From: an uncultured bacterium
Lineage (GTDB): Bacteria; Chloroflexota; UBA5177; JANWHV01
NCBI GenBank assembly: GCA_963827235.1
Contig: CAWHAE010000018.1
Span: 96,001 to 160,000 of the forward strand
Length of the DNA stretch: 64,000 nt
Direction of reading: 5' to 3'
The notes under the pieces were generated by a model. It had not been told where the DNA came from. It did not search any database and saw only the letters and a program-made list of their open reading frames with translations. The position numbers and the translations under genes are program-made. The first letter of the stretch is position 1; the number at the start of each line of letters is the position of its first letter. Below, piece by piece: positions 18,009 through 28,451 of this stretch.

Positions 18009-18908
18009 ATGCTTGGCGGCGTAGTTTGCCCGATGATGAGCCCGGTCAGGGAAAACGGCGAGATCGATCGAGTCGCGACTGCCGCGCTCCTGCGGCACGT
18101 GCTGGCCGGCCAGGTCGACGCCGTGCTGGTAGCGGGCACGACAGGCGAGTTTCCGTGCCTCTCCGACCGGGCATGGTCAACGCTGGTCGAGGTCGCCCTG
18201 CAGGAGATCGGCAACGCCGTTCCGGCCATAGTGAACGTGTCGCATTGCAGTCTGCGCACTGCGATCGAGCGCGCACGCTTCGCTGCGGCGCGCGGAGCGC
18301 CGTACGTGGCGTCGACTCCCCCGTACTACGTGCCGCTCGCCACCGACGACGTCGTGGCCTACTACCACCGGCTGGCCGATTCGTCCAGCGTGCCGCTCCT
18401 TCTGTACAACATTCCGCAGTTCACGCAATCCGATCTCACAGCCGTTCTGCCACGGCTCGCTGAGCATCCGAACATCTGCGGCATCAAGGATTCGTCCGGA
18501 TTGTACGAAGGAGTTGCCGCCATCCCGCGGCGCATCGAACGACCGTTCGTGCGCCTGGCCGGTACCGACGTCCTGCTCCCAGCGGCCGTGGCGCAGGACC
18601 TGGATGGTGTTGTACCTGGATTGGCCAATCTCGTGCCCGGCCTGTTCCACCGTTGGTGGGCTGCCCTTCGATGCGCGGACTCCGGCGCCGCCCGGCAGCA
18701 CGAAGCAGCCGTTCGCAGGTTCACCGACCTGTACGCCGTCGTCCCCGGCTCCGCTCCCTACATGCAGGTCTTCCGCTCCGGTCTTCGCCTGCTGGGCATA
18801 GATCCCGGCAGCCCCAGCGGCATCGAGAGCGAGATCGCCGGGCCTATTCATGAACGGCTTCGTGAGGCACTCGAGAGCACCGGCATGCAGGCGCGGTGTC
18901 CAGAGTAG
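18009..18908 (+). CDS. DHDPS/NAL-family lyase (2-keto-3-deoxy sugar-acid aldolase or dehydratase-like), 299 aa
   Basis: GTTGE, YNIP, GIKDSSG Schiff-base Lys. Confidence 0.88.
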   Translation: MLGGVVCPMMSPVRENGEIDRVATAALLRHVLAGQVDAVLVAGTTGEFPCLSDRAWSTLVEVALQEIGNAVPAIVNVSHCSLRTAIERARFAAARGAPYVASTPPYYVPLATDDVVAYYHRLADSSSVPLLLYNIPQFTQSDLTAVLPRLAEHPNICGIKDSSGLYEGVAAIPRRIERPFVRLAGTDVLLPAAVAQDLDGVVPGLANLVPGLFHRWWAALRCADSGAARQHEAAVRRFTDLYAVVPGSAPYMQVFRSGLRLLGIDPGSPSGIESEIAGPIHERLREALESTGMQARCPE

Positions 18909-18967
18909 ACGGGAAAGCAGGCATCGCGGCACTACGTGCTTCGCGCGCGCCCGGTACGGCCGGCGCT

Positions 18968-21814
18968 CTAGCGTGCCTCTCGTGCCGGCTCCGCCGTCGC
19001 GACGGGCAGTCGCAGGCGGAACGTGCTCCCCTGCGGTCCTGTATCTTCGAGGTCCAGATCGCCGCCCATCGCCTCCGCCAATCCCCGGCTGATATAGAGG
19101 CCGAGGCCGGTCCCGACATGCCCGGCACGGATGCGGCTCCCCACCACTCGGCCGAACCGCGTGAAGAGCTGCTCGCGGCCGCTCTCGGGGATGCCGGGCC
19201 CGTGGTCGCGCACCCGTACCACCGCCTGCTTTCCTTCCGGACCCCACGAAACGGCGATGGCGCTTCCCTCCGGCGAATACTTGGCCGCATTGTCGAGCAG
19301 GTTCGTCAGCACCTGCGAGGCGCGCGCCGCGTCGACCCACACCCTGAGATCGGCGGCACCCTCCGCGATCACGTGCTGTCCAGGGTAGCTGACCTGCAGC
19401 TCCGCGACGACCTGTCTCAGCAGGGTAGCCAGGTAAGCAGAGGCGCTCTGCGTGATCAGGCTGGTCGCGTCCAGCCGGCTGACCAGCAGCAGATCCTCTA
19501 CCAGCCGGCGCTGCCGATTGGCGGCCGCGACAATCTGGTTGATCCGCTCCAGCCGGAGTGCCTCGCTGAATTCTCCCCAATGCACCTGCAAGAGCTCGCC
19601 AAAACCGATGATCGCCGTGAGCGGGGTGCGCAGCTCATGGCTCACTCTGGCCACGAAATCGCTTTGCAGGCCGGCCAGCTCCTGCGCGGCTGCCTTCGCC
19701 TTCTCGAGGGCGCCTTCCACCTGCTTGTGGTCGCTGATGTCCAGAACCTGCGCGATCACGTACTGCGGATCGCCGGTGCCACCTCGTAGTAGAGACGCGG
19801 AAAGAAGCACCCACACCTGCGAGCCGTCCTTCCGGATGTAGCGCTTCTCCCAGCGGCAGACCGCGACCTCACCGGCCACCAGGTCACGCAGGCGATCCAC
19901 ATCCACGCCCAGGTCGTCGGCATGGGTGAAATCCTGGTTGGCGCGAACGAGCAGCTCCTCCTCCGTGTAGCCGAGCAAGATGCACAGCGCCGGGTTAACC
20001 CGAGTCCATCGCCCGTCGAGCGCCATGAGAGCCAGGCCGATCGGGGCGTGCTGCTCAACCTGCCGGTAGCGCTCCTCAGAGGCACGCAGCGCGGCTTCCG
20101 CTTCGACACGGTCCGTAATATCGCGACTGTTGAGCACGATTCCACGTACAGCCGGGTCGTCCAGCCGGCTCTGCATGACTGCTTCGAAGGTGTGATAGGT
20201 CCCGTCCGCATGCCGGATGCGGCTCACCAATCGATGGATCATTCCAGTCTCTACGACGGCCGCCAGGGTAGCGCGGGCCAGCGGCACCACCACGGGATCC
20301 ATGAACTCGAAGCTTGTGTGGCCAACCACTGCGGCCGGATCGACGCCCAGCACCCGGCTCTGCGAAGCGCTGGCGTAGCGAATGGTGCCGTCGACGTCCA
20401 GAATGCGCGTTACGTCGCCGGAGTGCTCGGTCAGTGCACGGAAGCGCGCTTCGCTCTCAGCCAGAGTCTCCGCTGCCGTGTGCCGCTCTGTAACGTCCAG
20501 CAGCATGCCGACAATGCTCTTCACGGCACCACCGGCGTCCCGGGTGGCAGACACGGAGAGCTGTGCCCACACGACACGGCCGTCCTTGTGCACGAAGCGC
20601 TTGTCCAGGCTGTAGGCGTCTCGCACGCCGGCCAGCACTTCCTGGAATAGCTTCCAGTCGGCTGCCTTGTCATCGGGATGAGTGATCTGCACGAATGTCA
20701 ATTGGCGTAGCTCGGCATCGTCGTAGCCGAGGATGCGCTGCACAGCCGCGTTCGCCAGCAGGATCCGTCCCTCAACATCTACCATCACCATGCCCATGGG
20801 CGCATGCTCGAATATGCCTCGGAATTGCAGCTCGCTCGCCAAGAGAGCCGCCTCCGCGCGGTTGCGCTCGCTGATGTCACGCGCTATCACGGCCGAGCCG
20901 ATCACCCTGCCGCTTTCATCGGTAATCGGCGACGCGCTGAAGGCGACATCGAACAGGCTGCCGTCCTTCCGTCTGCGCACGGTTTCGTAGCGGACGACGT
21001 GCTCGCCACGCTGCACGCTCTCGGCCACGATGCTGGCTTCCTCGAGGTCCTCGGGCCGTGCGGTCAGGATCCGGGGCACCTTGCCGGTGATTTCGCCGGC
21101 GGAATAGCCGAACATGCGCTCGGCGGCGGGGTTCCAGGTGTCGACCCTGCCGTCTGAGTCGGTGCTGAGAATCGCCTCGCCCGACGCGGCTACGACGGCG
21201 GCGTAACGCGCAAGCTGTCGGTTCCACTGACGATAGCGCTCGCGTCGTCCTGCCGCCTCGACAGCTTCAACGATCATGTGGCCTGCCAGGCGCAGTAAAG
21301 GCAGCTCGCCGTTCGGCGCCGCGCGTGGCTCGGCATGAAATGCGCAAAGCGCCCCATAGGGCCGGCCGTCGTCCCAGGCAAGTGGGACGGCGGTCAGGGC
21401 ACCGGCGCGCCACGGCTGGTCGCCGGCAAGGGCTGGGAAACCAGCGTATCCGGCGAGGTCCTCGACGACCAGGCATTGCATGCTGCCGTCAGCCGTAGTC
21501 ATCTCGAGCATTGCGCGGCCGGGTAGGGATTGCCCGACCCGCAAGCCTAGGCCGGTACGTTCGTGCAGGTGCTCGATCTGCCAAATGCCATCCACGATGC
21601 GCACGAGGCCGACGGTGCCCGCGTCTAGGCTGTCGGCCACCAGGATCAATATCCTGTCGATCTCTTCGCCGGCGTCTCGGTGCCGGCTTCCGGTGAACGC
21701 TGCAAGGCGTTCCAGCACGCTGGTCACGCGCTGCCGCGTGTTCTCGGCGCCCGCGATGGGGATCGCTCTGGAATCCGGGCTGGCAGGTGGGTTGACGTCC
21801 GGAGGCACCATCAC
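18968..21814 (-). CDS. cytoplasmic GAF + 4xPAS sensor histidine kinase
   Basis: Four PAS/PAC units ending DISER, DVTER, DITDR, DISDH; SHELRTPL, NLLDNAAKY, DHGPGI, GTGLGL. Confidence 0.92.
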   Translation of the reverse strand: MMVPPDVNPPASPDSRAIPIAGAENTRQRVTSVLERLAAFTGSRHRDAGEEIDRILILVADSLDAGTVGLVRIVDGIWQIEHLHERTGLGLRVGQSLPGRAMLEMTTADGSMQCLVVEDLAGYAGFPALAGDQPWRAGALTAVPLAWDDGRPYGALCAFHAEPRAAPNGELPLLRLAGHMIVEAVEAAGRRERYRQWNRQLARYAAVVAASGEAILSTDSDGRVDTWNPAAERMFGYSAGEITGKVPRILTARPEDLEEASIVAESVQRGEHVVRYETVRRRKDGSLFDVAFSASPITDESGRVIGSAVIARDISERNRAEAALLASELQFRGIFEHAPMGMVMVDVEGRILLANAAVQRILGYDDAELRQLTFVQITHPDDKAADWKLFQEVLAGVRDAYSLDKRFVHKDGRVVWAQLSVSATRDAGGAVKSIVGMLLDVTERHTAAETLAESEARFRALTEHSGDVTRILDVDGTIRYASASQSRVLGVDPAAVVGHTSFEFMDPVVVPLARATLAAVVETGMIHRLVSRIRHADGTYHTFEAVMQSRLDDPAVRGIVLNSRDITDRVEAEAALRASEERYRQVEQHAPIGLALMALDGRWTRVNPALCILLGYTEEELLVRANQDFTHADDLGVDVDRLRDLVAGEVAVCRWEKRYIRKDGSQVWVLLSASLLRGGTGDPQYVIAQVLDISDHKQVEGALEKAKAAAQELAGLQSDFVARVSHELRTPLTAIIGFGELLQVHWGEFSEALRLERINQIVAAANRQRRLVEDLLLVSRLDATSLITQSASAYLATLLRQVVAELQVSYPGQHVIAEGAADLRVWVDAARASQVLTNLLDNAAKYSPEGSAIAVSWGPEGKQAVVRVRDHGPGIPESGREQLFTRFGRVVGSRIRAGHVGTGLGLYISRGLAEAMGGDLDLEDTGPQGSTFRLRLPVATAEPAREAR

Positions 21815-22155
21815 CTGGAAGGAGCGGCATCCGCGCTGCCATCGCCGCCGCCGTGCCGGGCCGCTCGTCGCGTAGCCATTTTGACGGTTGTCCTGAATCT
21901 AGTGTGCCAAGCGTCGCGCTAGTCTCGGATCATGCTACCACACCGGCCAGACAGAATAATCACCCGGCCGGGGCATGCCTGCAAGCCGAGGCAGCAGACC
22001 TTGCCTGATCAGATCAGCCTGAGCATGGGCGCCGCCTTTGGTGGGGCATTCGGCACTTGTGGTGTGGCAGCAGGAGTGGTATCAGAGGAGGTGGGCACGG
22101 CGGCACCTACTGCGCGGCGAGCCTGCCATGCGAAGTGCTATTGGGAGAACGCCTC

Positions 22156-22863
22156 GTGAACGTGGAGATCTGGTCCGACATAGTCTGCCCGTGGTGCTAC
22201 ATCGGCAAGCGGCGCTTCGAGACGGCGCTTGCCGCTTTTGCCCACCGCGACGACGTCTCACTGACGTGGCGCAGCTTTGAGCTGGATCCGCGGGCACCGC
22301 GCCGGTCCGAAGACAGCCTCGACGAGCATCTGGCACGCAAGTACGGTCTGGCCCCGGCGCAGGCCGCGGCAATGAACGCGCACGTCACCTCGCTGGCATC
22401 CGCCGAAGGCCTGTCCTATCATCTCGAGCGAGCGAAGCACGGCAACACCTTCGATGCCCACCGCCTGCTCCACATGGCCGACCGCAGCGGATTGCAGGCC
22501 GCGGCCAAAGAGCGGCTGTTACGCGCCTACTTCACGGATGGACTTGCCATCGCAGAGACCGAGGTTCTGGTCGCACTCGCCGTCGAGATCGGCATGAACG
22601 GCGACGAAGTGCGCGCCGCGTTGGACGGGGAAACATGTGCGGACGAGGTACGCGCAGACGAAAGCCGGGCCGCTGCCTTCGGCATCAGCGGGGTTCCCTT
22701 CGCGGTCATCGACGAGAAGTACGGCGTCTCCGGCGCCCAGTCGCCTGATGTCTTTCTGCAGGCCCTGGAGCGGGCCTGGAACGAGTCCGGCGCCCACTCG
22801 AAGGCGAATGAAAAGGAGCAGTCCGGCTCCTGCGACGGGGACAGCTGCGCCTTTCCCGCCTGA
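22156..22863 (+). CDS. DsbA/FrnE-family oxidoreductase, ~235 aa
   Basis: WSDIVCPWCYIG, GVP, GAQ; C-terminal CDGDSC; GGGAGA RBS before GTG. Confidence 0.92.
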   Translation: MNVEIWSDIVCPWCYIGKRRFETALAAFAHRDDVSLTWRSFELDPRAPRRSEDSLDEHLARKYGLAPAQAAAMNAHVTSLASAEGLSYHLERAKHGNTFDAHRLLHMADRSGLQAAAKERLLRAYFTDGLAIAETEVLVALAVEIGMNGDEVRAALDGETCADEVRADESRAAAFGISGVPFAVIDEKYGVSGAQSPDVFLQALERAWNESGAHSKANEKEQSGSCDGDSCAFPA

Positions 22864-23105
22864 GAAGCGACCTCGACTTCCAAGCGGTGTCCGGCCCAGC
22901 ATCGTCACCGGGTCCGCCTGCACGACCGCGTCGCGAACCGTCTCAGCCTGCGATGCCATCTCCGGCACCTCGCCTCCGCGGGCGCCTCCAGATCAGACTC
23001 GTGCATTGATGATACCGAGGCCCCAGCGGCCGCTGCGTAGCGTGAGACGCCCATCCGCCGGCATGCGCCGCGGACGGCATCCTCTCGCCAACTTGCGACT
23101 GCTCC

Positions 23106-24428
23106 TTACTGGCAGGCCGCGGCGACCTCACTCGCTATCCGCGACCATTCCCAGATGCGATGGGGCTCGTAGCGAGCGGTACTGATGTCCTTCATGATCA
23201 CCTCCACGTGGCAGCCGTGCGCCCGTGCCTTTGCCAGCACGCTCTCCAGTTGCTCCCGCGCCTCGGTCGGGCGCCATACGTCGTCGGCGAATATTGCCGG
23301 GCTCGGCTTGTAGGAGAACACGTAGTGGTCTCCCACGTTGGCCACCGCTTCGTCGACGTTGATCCACGGGCTCATCGACACCTTGCGCAGGTTGGGCACG
23401 TTCGCCAGAATGGCCATTTTGCGATGCAGCGGATCGCAGCAGCCATAATAGCTGAGACCAAACCGGCTCATCCACCGCACTTCATATTGCAGGGCGAACT
23501 CCCAATGCATCCGAGGAGAGACATCCGAGAAGATCTGCGCCGTGCTGCTGCCCCAAAGGTCCTCTGCCCGCACGCGCGCCGGATCGTATCCGGGTCGAGG
23601 AAGCTCCTCCGTGTAGCCAAGACCCCCTGAGCCTACGCGGTGGTAGCCGTTGTTCAAGGTCAGCAGGTTCTGCTCTTCGAACTGATCGAGCATCCTCAAG
23701 TAGGCACTCGTCAGGCGGTCTATCGCCTTGTGGACCAACTCGGGCCGATCGTACAGGTCGGTCAGAAGCTCCGTGATACCCCACCAACGCACCAGTTCAT
23801 CCCACGGCGCGCACCAGAAGCAGAATCCGTTGACACCGCGCTTCTGCACGTCCAGCAGGTCGCCGAAGACATGGCGAAGCAGCTGGAAGCTCTGCTCCGA
23901 GGCACGCACGTCGTGCGTTACCACAGGGTTCTTGATCTTCTCGAGATCCTCTTCGCCGGCTATCTGCACGTTGAAGTGCCGGGAGACCACCGAATTCGCC
24001 CGGTCGGTGGCGACCACGTCCACATCCTCGTCGATGCCAAAGCCGGAGTTGTAGACCACGAGCGGCGAGTAGACGACCGGCTCGACGACCATGTCACACG
24101 GCATATGCTCCCAGTGGTAGATCAGCCTGCGCAGCTCACTTTCGTGATAGCGGCTCCATGCGCTAGTCGCCTGCAGTCGAAGCCGGCCGTCGTAATCCAT
24201 TTCATGCCAGGGAACCTCGTCGATCCAGACCATCGGCCTGACCGGCCGCAGTCCATTCAGCTCTCGCCACATGGCCGCCGTGTTCTTCTGCACCGGCAGA
24301 GCGGCGATCGCGGCAAGTCGTTCGCCCAGGGACCGCAGGACTGTCCTGTCGTGCTCGGAGATCTCGTCTGGGCAGGCCGGCGCGGAGATGCCCGGTGCTG
24401 GATCCTCGTGAGAGCTCACGCTGTACAT
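23106..24428 (-). CDS. uncharacterised UroD/MetE-like TIM-barrel protein, ~440 aa
   Basis: VSPRMHWEFALQYE, YYGCCDPL, LRKVSMSPW, FSYKPSP, IMKD. Confidence 0.7.
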   Translation of the reverse strand: MYSVSSHEDPAPGISAPACPDEISEHDRTVLRSLGERLAAIAALPVQKNTAAMWRELNGLRPVRPMVWIDEVPWHEMDYDGRLRLQATSAWSRYHESELRRLIYHWEHMPCDMVVEPVVYSPLVVYNSGFGIDEDVDVVATDRANSVVSRHFNVQIAGEEDLEKIKNPVVTHDVRASEQSFQLLRHVFGDLLDVQKRGVNGFCFWCAPWDELVRWWGITELLTDLYDRPELVHKAIDRLTSAYLRMLDQFEEQNLLTLNNGYHRVGSGGLGYTEELPRPGYDPARVRAEDLWGSSTAQIFSDVSPRMHWEFALQYEVRWMSRFGLSYYGCCDPLHRKMAILANVPNLRKVSMSPWINVDEAVANVGDHYVFSYKPSPAIFADDVWRPTEAREQLESVLAKARAHGCHVEVIMKDISTARYEPHRIWEWSRIASEVAAACQ

Positions 24429-24996
24429 CGAATCGCCTCACTTCTTTGGCCGTCTGGCGTCGGGCAGGCGCGGTAGCCTGCTCGCTGCCAGGTTTTGGCA
24501 GCATGCGGCTCTCGACAGGCCAAGTCGAGCACGCGCAGACGACCCTGCTGAACATTGTACCCGTCGTGTAGCCGGCCACGAGCGGCTGAGTGGGACCGGA
24601 ACACTTCGTGGAACCAGCCGGGACCGCCACCAGGCCAACAGCGGCACGGCAGATTGCCGGCTTGCGCGATTCGGACTCGCCGGTCCACCAAACCGTGTCT
24701 TCCTGCCCAGCCGCCGGCCGAATCCCGGCCGCGGCACGGAGCTGCGGTGCAGGGCGGCCACGTTGTTTGCATGCGACGATGGTTGGATGTACAGGCGGTT
24801 CTCGGCCCCGTACCATGCATGAGGGGCATCTCGCCCCGGCGAAGCTGCGTGAGGGCTGAGACCGGTTCCTTGATTCTCGCACGGGCACGAACGCGCCGGC
24901 TCGCGCGCTCGCTGCCGTGCCGGTTACGGGCCGCCGGCACCGGGCCTTCGCTACTCATTTGTGCGGATCACCGCACCCGGGTACCCTTGAGCAGTC

Positions 24997-25728
24997 ATGG
25001 AACACCAACTCGCCATCGAGATCACCGACGTCACCAAGGATATTCCCGTCGGCCAAAGCGCGGTGCACGCTCTCCGTGGCGTGAGCGTCGCGGTTGCCCG
25101 GGGTGAGGTGGTAGCCGTCGTCGGCCCGAGCGGAAGCGGTAAGACCACGCTCCTTGGCCTGATCGGCGGACTCGACACCGTCAGCTCCGGCCGCATCGTC
25201 GTCAACGGAATGGACATCACGCACCTGTCGGAGAACAAGCTCGCCGGCATCCGCAATCGACAGATCGGCTTCGTATTCCAGTCTTTCAACCTCATTCCCA
25301 CGCTCACCGCGCTGGAGAACGTCGCCCTGCCCGTGCAGTTCGGGCGGGGACGTGACCCCGTTCGCAAGGCGGCCGAGGCCCTGGACGCGGTGGGCTTGTC
25401 CGACCGGCTGCACCACAAGCCGAACCAGATGTCGGGCGGCGAGCAGCAGCGCGTGGCTATCGCTCGCGCCCTGGCCAACGATCCGGCAATCATTCTGGCG
25501 GACGAGCCGACCGGCAATCTCGACTCCGCGAACGGAGAGCGCGTGATGGAGCAGCTGCTCGGACTGCGCTCGCGGTTGGGCAAGACGATCGTGATCGTTA
25601 CCCATGACCCGGCGATCGCCGTGCGCACCGACCGCATCGTCCACCTGCGAGACGGTCTGGTGGTGGAGAACGCGGGCGCGGAGTGGTCGAGACGGTTGGA
25701 AGCGCTCAGCCCGGTCGCGGCAGGCTAA
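24997..25728 (+). CDS. ABC transporter ATP-binding protein (LolD/MacB-type)
   Basis: GPSGSGKT, MSGGEQQR, ADEPTGNLD. Confidence 0.95.
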   Translation: MEHQLAIEITDVTKDIPVGQSAVHALRGVSVAVARGEVVAVVGPSGSGKTTLLGLIGGLDTVSSGRIVVNGMDITHLSENKLAGIRNRQIGFVFQSFNLIPTLTALENVALPVQFGRGRDPVRKAAEALDAVGLSDRLHHKPNQMSGGEQQRVAIARALANDPAIILADEPTGNLDSANGERVMEQLLGLRSRLGKTIVIVTHDPAIAVRTDRIVHLRDGLVVENAGAEWSRRLEALSPVAAG

Positions 25729-25756
25729 TGCGCACGCGATCGCGTTAGCCTCTCAA

Positions 25757-28360
25757 ATGCTCGACGGCACCTTTGCCCTGGCCTATGCCTGGCGGAACCT
25801 CAAGAGAGGCGGCCGGCGGTCTCTGTTCGCCGCCTTCTGCGTGGCGGTCGGAGTTGCCGCCGTGGTGGGCATGCAGCTCCTGGCCCTCAACATCAGCGCA
25901 TCCGTGGACAAGGCGCCCAACCAGGCGAACGGCGGCGACATCTCCGTCGAGCCAATCTCCAACCCGTTCCAGCGCTCGGACATTGCCGCCGTCGAATCCC
26001 TGAAGAAGCGTGGCGAGATCGTCGACTACACGATCACGCTGAATGGGCAGCGGAACGGACTCGGCGTCAAGGCGACGGCCGGCGACCGCACCACGCTGAT
26101 CTCGGTGCGCGGCATCCAGACCACCAGCTACCCGCTCTACGGCACCTTCGATTCCGTCACGCCCAAGTCGCCGGTAGATGCGCTGCTGAAGTCGCCGACC
26201 GACGCGGTGATTACCTCGGACGTCTTCGCGCGTCTGCATCTGCGCGTCGGCGAACGGGTGGATCTCGCCACGCCGGCGCCGGAGCGGGTCACCATTCGCG
26301 GCGTGATCGATCCCGCGGGCCTGTTCCAGGGCGACTTCGGCATCGGTGGCACCATCTACCAGTCCATCCAGGGACTCTGGAGCGCCGAGCCTGGCATGAC
26401 CGGCGGCGCCCACGGAACAATTGCCAGCAGACTTTACGTGCGCACCCAGGACGACGCTCACACCGCCGCCGCGCTCAGCGCTCTGAAGCACGTGCTTGGG
26501 CCGCTCTACCGGTACACGACGGCAGCCGACGTGGCCAAGCAGGAGGCGACAAACACCGAGCGGATGCAGCAGCTCTTGCTGGCTTGCGGTCTGCTGGCCC
26601 TGCTGATCGGCGGCATCGGCATCGCCAACACCATGCTCGTGTCCGTGGGTCGGCGCACCAAGGAGATCGCCGTGCTCAAAGCCCTGGGCATGAAGAGCTA
26701 CCAGGTCATCCCGCTCTTCCTCCTGGAGGCGGTGCTGCTGGGCCTGGCGGGCAGTGCCCTCGGCATCCTCGGCGGCATTGGTCTGAGCGTGGGAGCGACC
26801 GCCATCGCCGTGCAGTTCGGCGCCCAGGTCTCCTGGGCTCTGCGGCCCAGCCCAATCCTCGTCGGCGTCACGCTGGGCGTGATCGCCACCGCGGTGTTCG
26901 GCTTTCTCCCCGTGCTGCGAGCAGGCAAGACCAGGCCTATCGGCGTGCTGCGCGATGAAGACGCGCCCCTTCCACGCATCGGTTGGGCGATTACCGGTCT
27001 GGTTACGTTCGTCCTGACCGGCAGCATGGGCATCGTTGCCGGCATCGTGCTGCACAACGTCCGGCTCGGCATTGCCCTGGCCTACGGCGTGGTGATCGGA
27101 TTCCTCATCTTCAGCGCCTTCTTTCTGCTGGTGGTCTCTGTCGCCAGCCGCGGACCCAGCTTCGGCATGCTGGGCCTCAACATGGGCTTGCGTAACTTGA
27201 CTCGCCAGAAGCGCCGGGTGGCCTCCACGATGGTCGCTCTCTGCATCGGCGTGTTGGCCGTTGGCACCGTGGTCGTGCTATCGCAGAACGTGCGGGCCGA
27301 GTTTCAGGGTCTCTTTGAAAGGGATTGGGGCTTCAACGTCGCCGCCTTCGGGCCGGTCGGCCAGGAGCAGAATATGCTGGCGGAGGTACGCAGACTGCCC
27401 GGCTTCGAGAAGGTCGAGCAGGGCCTTCTGGTCGGCGGACTGCGCCTGAACACCATCGACGGCCAGCCGGCCGGCCCTATCCTGGCGCGCGGTGCGGCAA
27501 GCAATACCGGCACAGGGGAAGACCGTGTGCGCCTCTCGGAAACCCTGGATGGGCGCGATCTTCGCGTCGCTCTGCTGAACGTCAAGGTGCTTGCCGGCGG
27601 AAGATCGCTCACGGCCGCGGACGAGGGAACCGACAACGTCGTCATACCGCAGGACTTCGCACAGGCATTAAAGCTGCAACCCGGCAGCATGCTGGGCTAC
27701 GCCGACCTGACCGGCAGCCAGATCGTGCTCCACGTGGTGGGCATCATCGACCCCACCAGTATCACGCCGACCTTCGGCGAGGGCATCCTCGCCTCTTCCT
27801 CGTATCTGCGCCGATTCGCGGCCGGCTCGCCGGCTGCCGGAAGCGTCCTCTACATACAGTTCCGATCCGGCCTGGACAGCGCGGCGGCCTCCGCTATTGA
27901 CCGCGACCTGCCGCAGGACTATGCCTTCGACATCAACTCGCTCATCCCGGTGGTCGACCAGATCCTGGAGCGCGCAACCGTGTTTCCGGTGCTACTCGCC
28001 GCGCTGTCCCTGTTTGCCGGCGGCGTGATTATCGCCAACACGGTAGCCCTAGCCGTGCTCGAGCGCCGGCGTGAGATAGGCGTCATGAAGGCACTGGGCG
28101 CGCGGGGCGGTACCGTGCTGCGTCTCCTGCTTCTGGAGAGCGGCATCGTGGGCTTCATGGGCGGGGCCATGGGCACGATCATGGCGGTGATTGCCTCTGC
28201 CCTGCTCGACAACCTGGTCCTCAACATTCCGTCGATCCTCGATCCGTGGGTGATCGGCGGTCTGATCGCCCTAGCCGTGGTCCTGGCTCTCGTCGCCAGC
28301 GTGATCTCCGCGTTGCCGGCATCGCGCGAGAAGCCGCTCATCGTGCTGCGCTACGAGTGA
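25757..28360 (+). CDS. MacB/FtsX-like permease with duplicated domains, ~867 aa
   Basis: Two RRxxEIxVxKALG repeats, TM clusters, C-terminal LRYE. Confidence 0.9.
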   Translation: MLDGTFALAYAWRNLKRGGRRSLFAAFCVAVGVAAVVGMQLLALNISASVDKAPNQANGGDISVEPISNPFQRSDIAAVESLKKRGEIVDYTITLNGQRNGLGVKATAGDRTTLISVRGIQTTSYPLYGTFDSVTPKSPVDALLKSPTDAVITSDVFARLHLRVGERVDLATPAPERVTIRGVIDPAGLFQGDFGIGGTIYQSIQGLWSAEPGMTGGAHGTIASRLYVRTQDDAHTAAALSALKHVLGPLYRYTTAADVAKQEATNTERMQQLLLACGLLALLIGGIGIANTMLVSVGRRTKEIAVLKALGMKSYQVIPLFLLEAVLLGLAGSALGILGGIGLSVGATAIAVQFGAQVSWALRPSPILVGVTLGVIATAVFGFLPVLRAGKTRPIGVLRDEDAPLPRIGWAITGLVTFVLTGSMGIVAGIVLHNVRLGIALAYGVVIGFLIFSAFFLLVVSVASRGPSFGMLGLNMGLRNLTRQKRRVASTMVALCIGVLAVGTVVVLSQNVRAEFQGLFERDWGFNVAAFGPVGQEQNMLAEVRRLPGFEKVEQGLLVGGLRLNTIDGQPAGPILARGAASNTGTGEDRVRLSETLDGRDLRVALLNVKVLAGGRSLTAADEGTDNVVIPQDFAQALKLQPGSMLGYADLTGSQIVLHVVGIIDPTSITPTFGEGILASSSYLRRFAAGSPAAGSVLYIQFRSGLDSAAASAIDRDLPQDYAFDINSLIPVVDQILERATVFPVLLAALSLFAGGVIIANTVALAVLERRREIGVMKALGARGGTVLRLLLLESGIVGFMGGAMGTIMAVIASALLDNLVLNIPSILDPWVIGGLIALAVVLALVASVISALPASREKPLIVLRYE

Positions 28361-28423
28361 GCCGCGAGCTCCGGCCAAGACCGCTACCGGGTGGTCAGGG
28401 AGAAGCTGCCCAGCCGCAGACAG

Positions 28424-28451
28424 GATGCCCCGCGGTGAACCGCGGGGCATC
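28424..28451. terminator. GC-rich hairpin after the FtsX-like gene
   Basis: GATGCCCCGCGG-TGAA-CCGCGGGGCATC, perfect 12-bp stem; no U-tract. Confidence 0.55.

Noticed and set aside
24488-24700. Plus-strand stretch reading PGFGSMRLSTGQVEHAQTTLLNIVPVV*PATSG*VGPEHFVE, a possible gene remnant
   Set aside because: No family could be assigned and there are two stops; tblastn would be needed.
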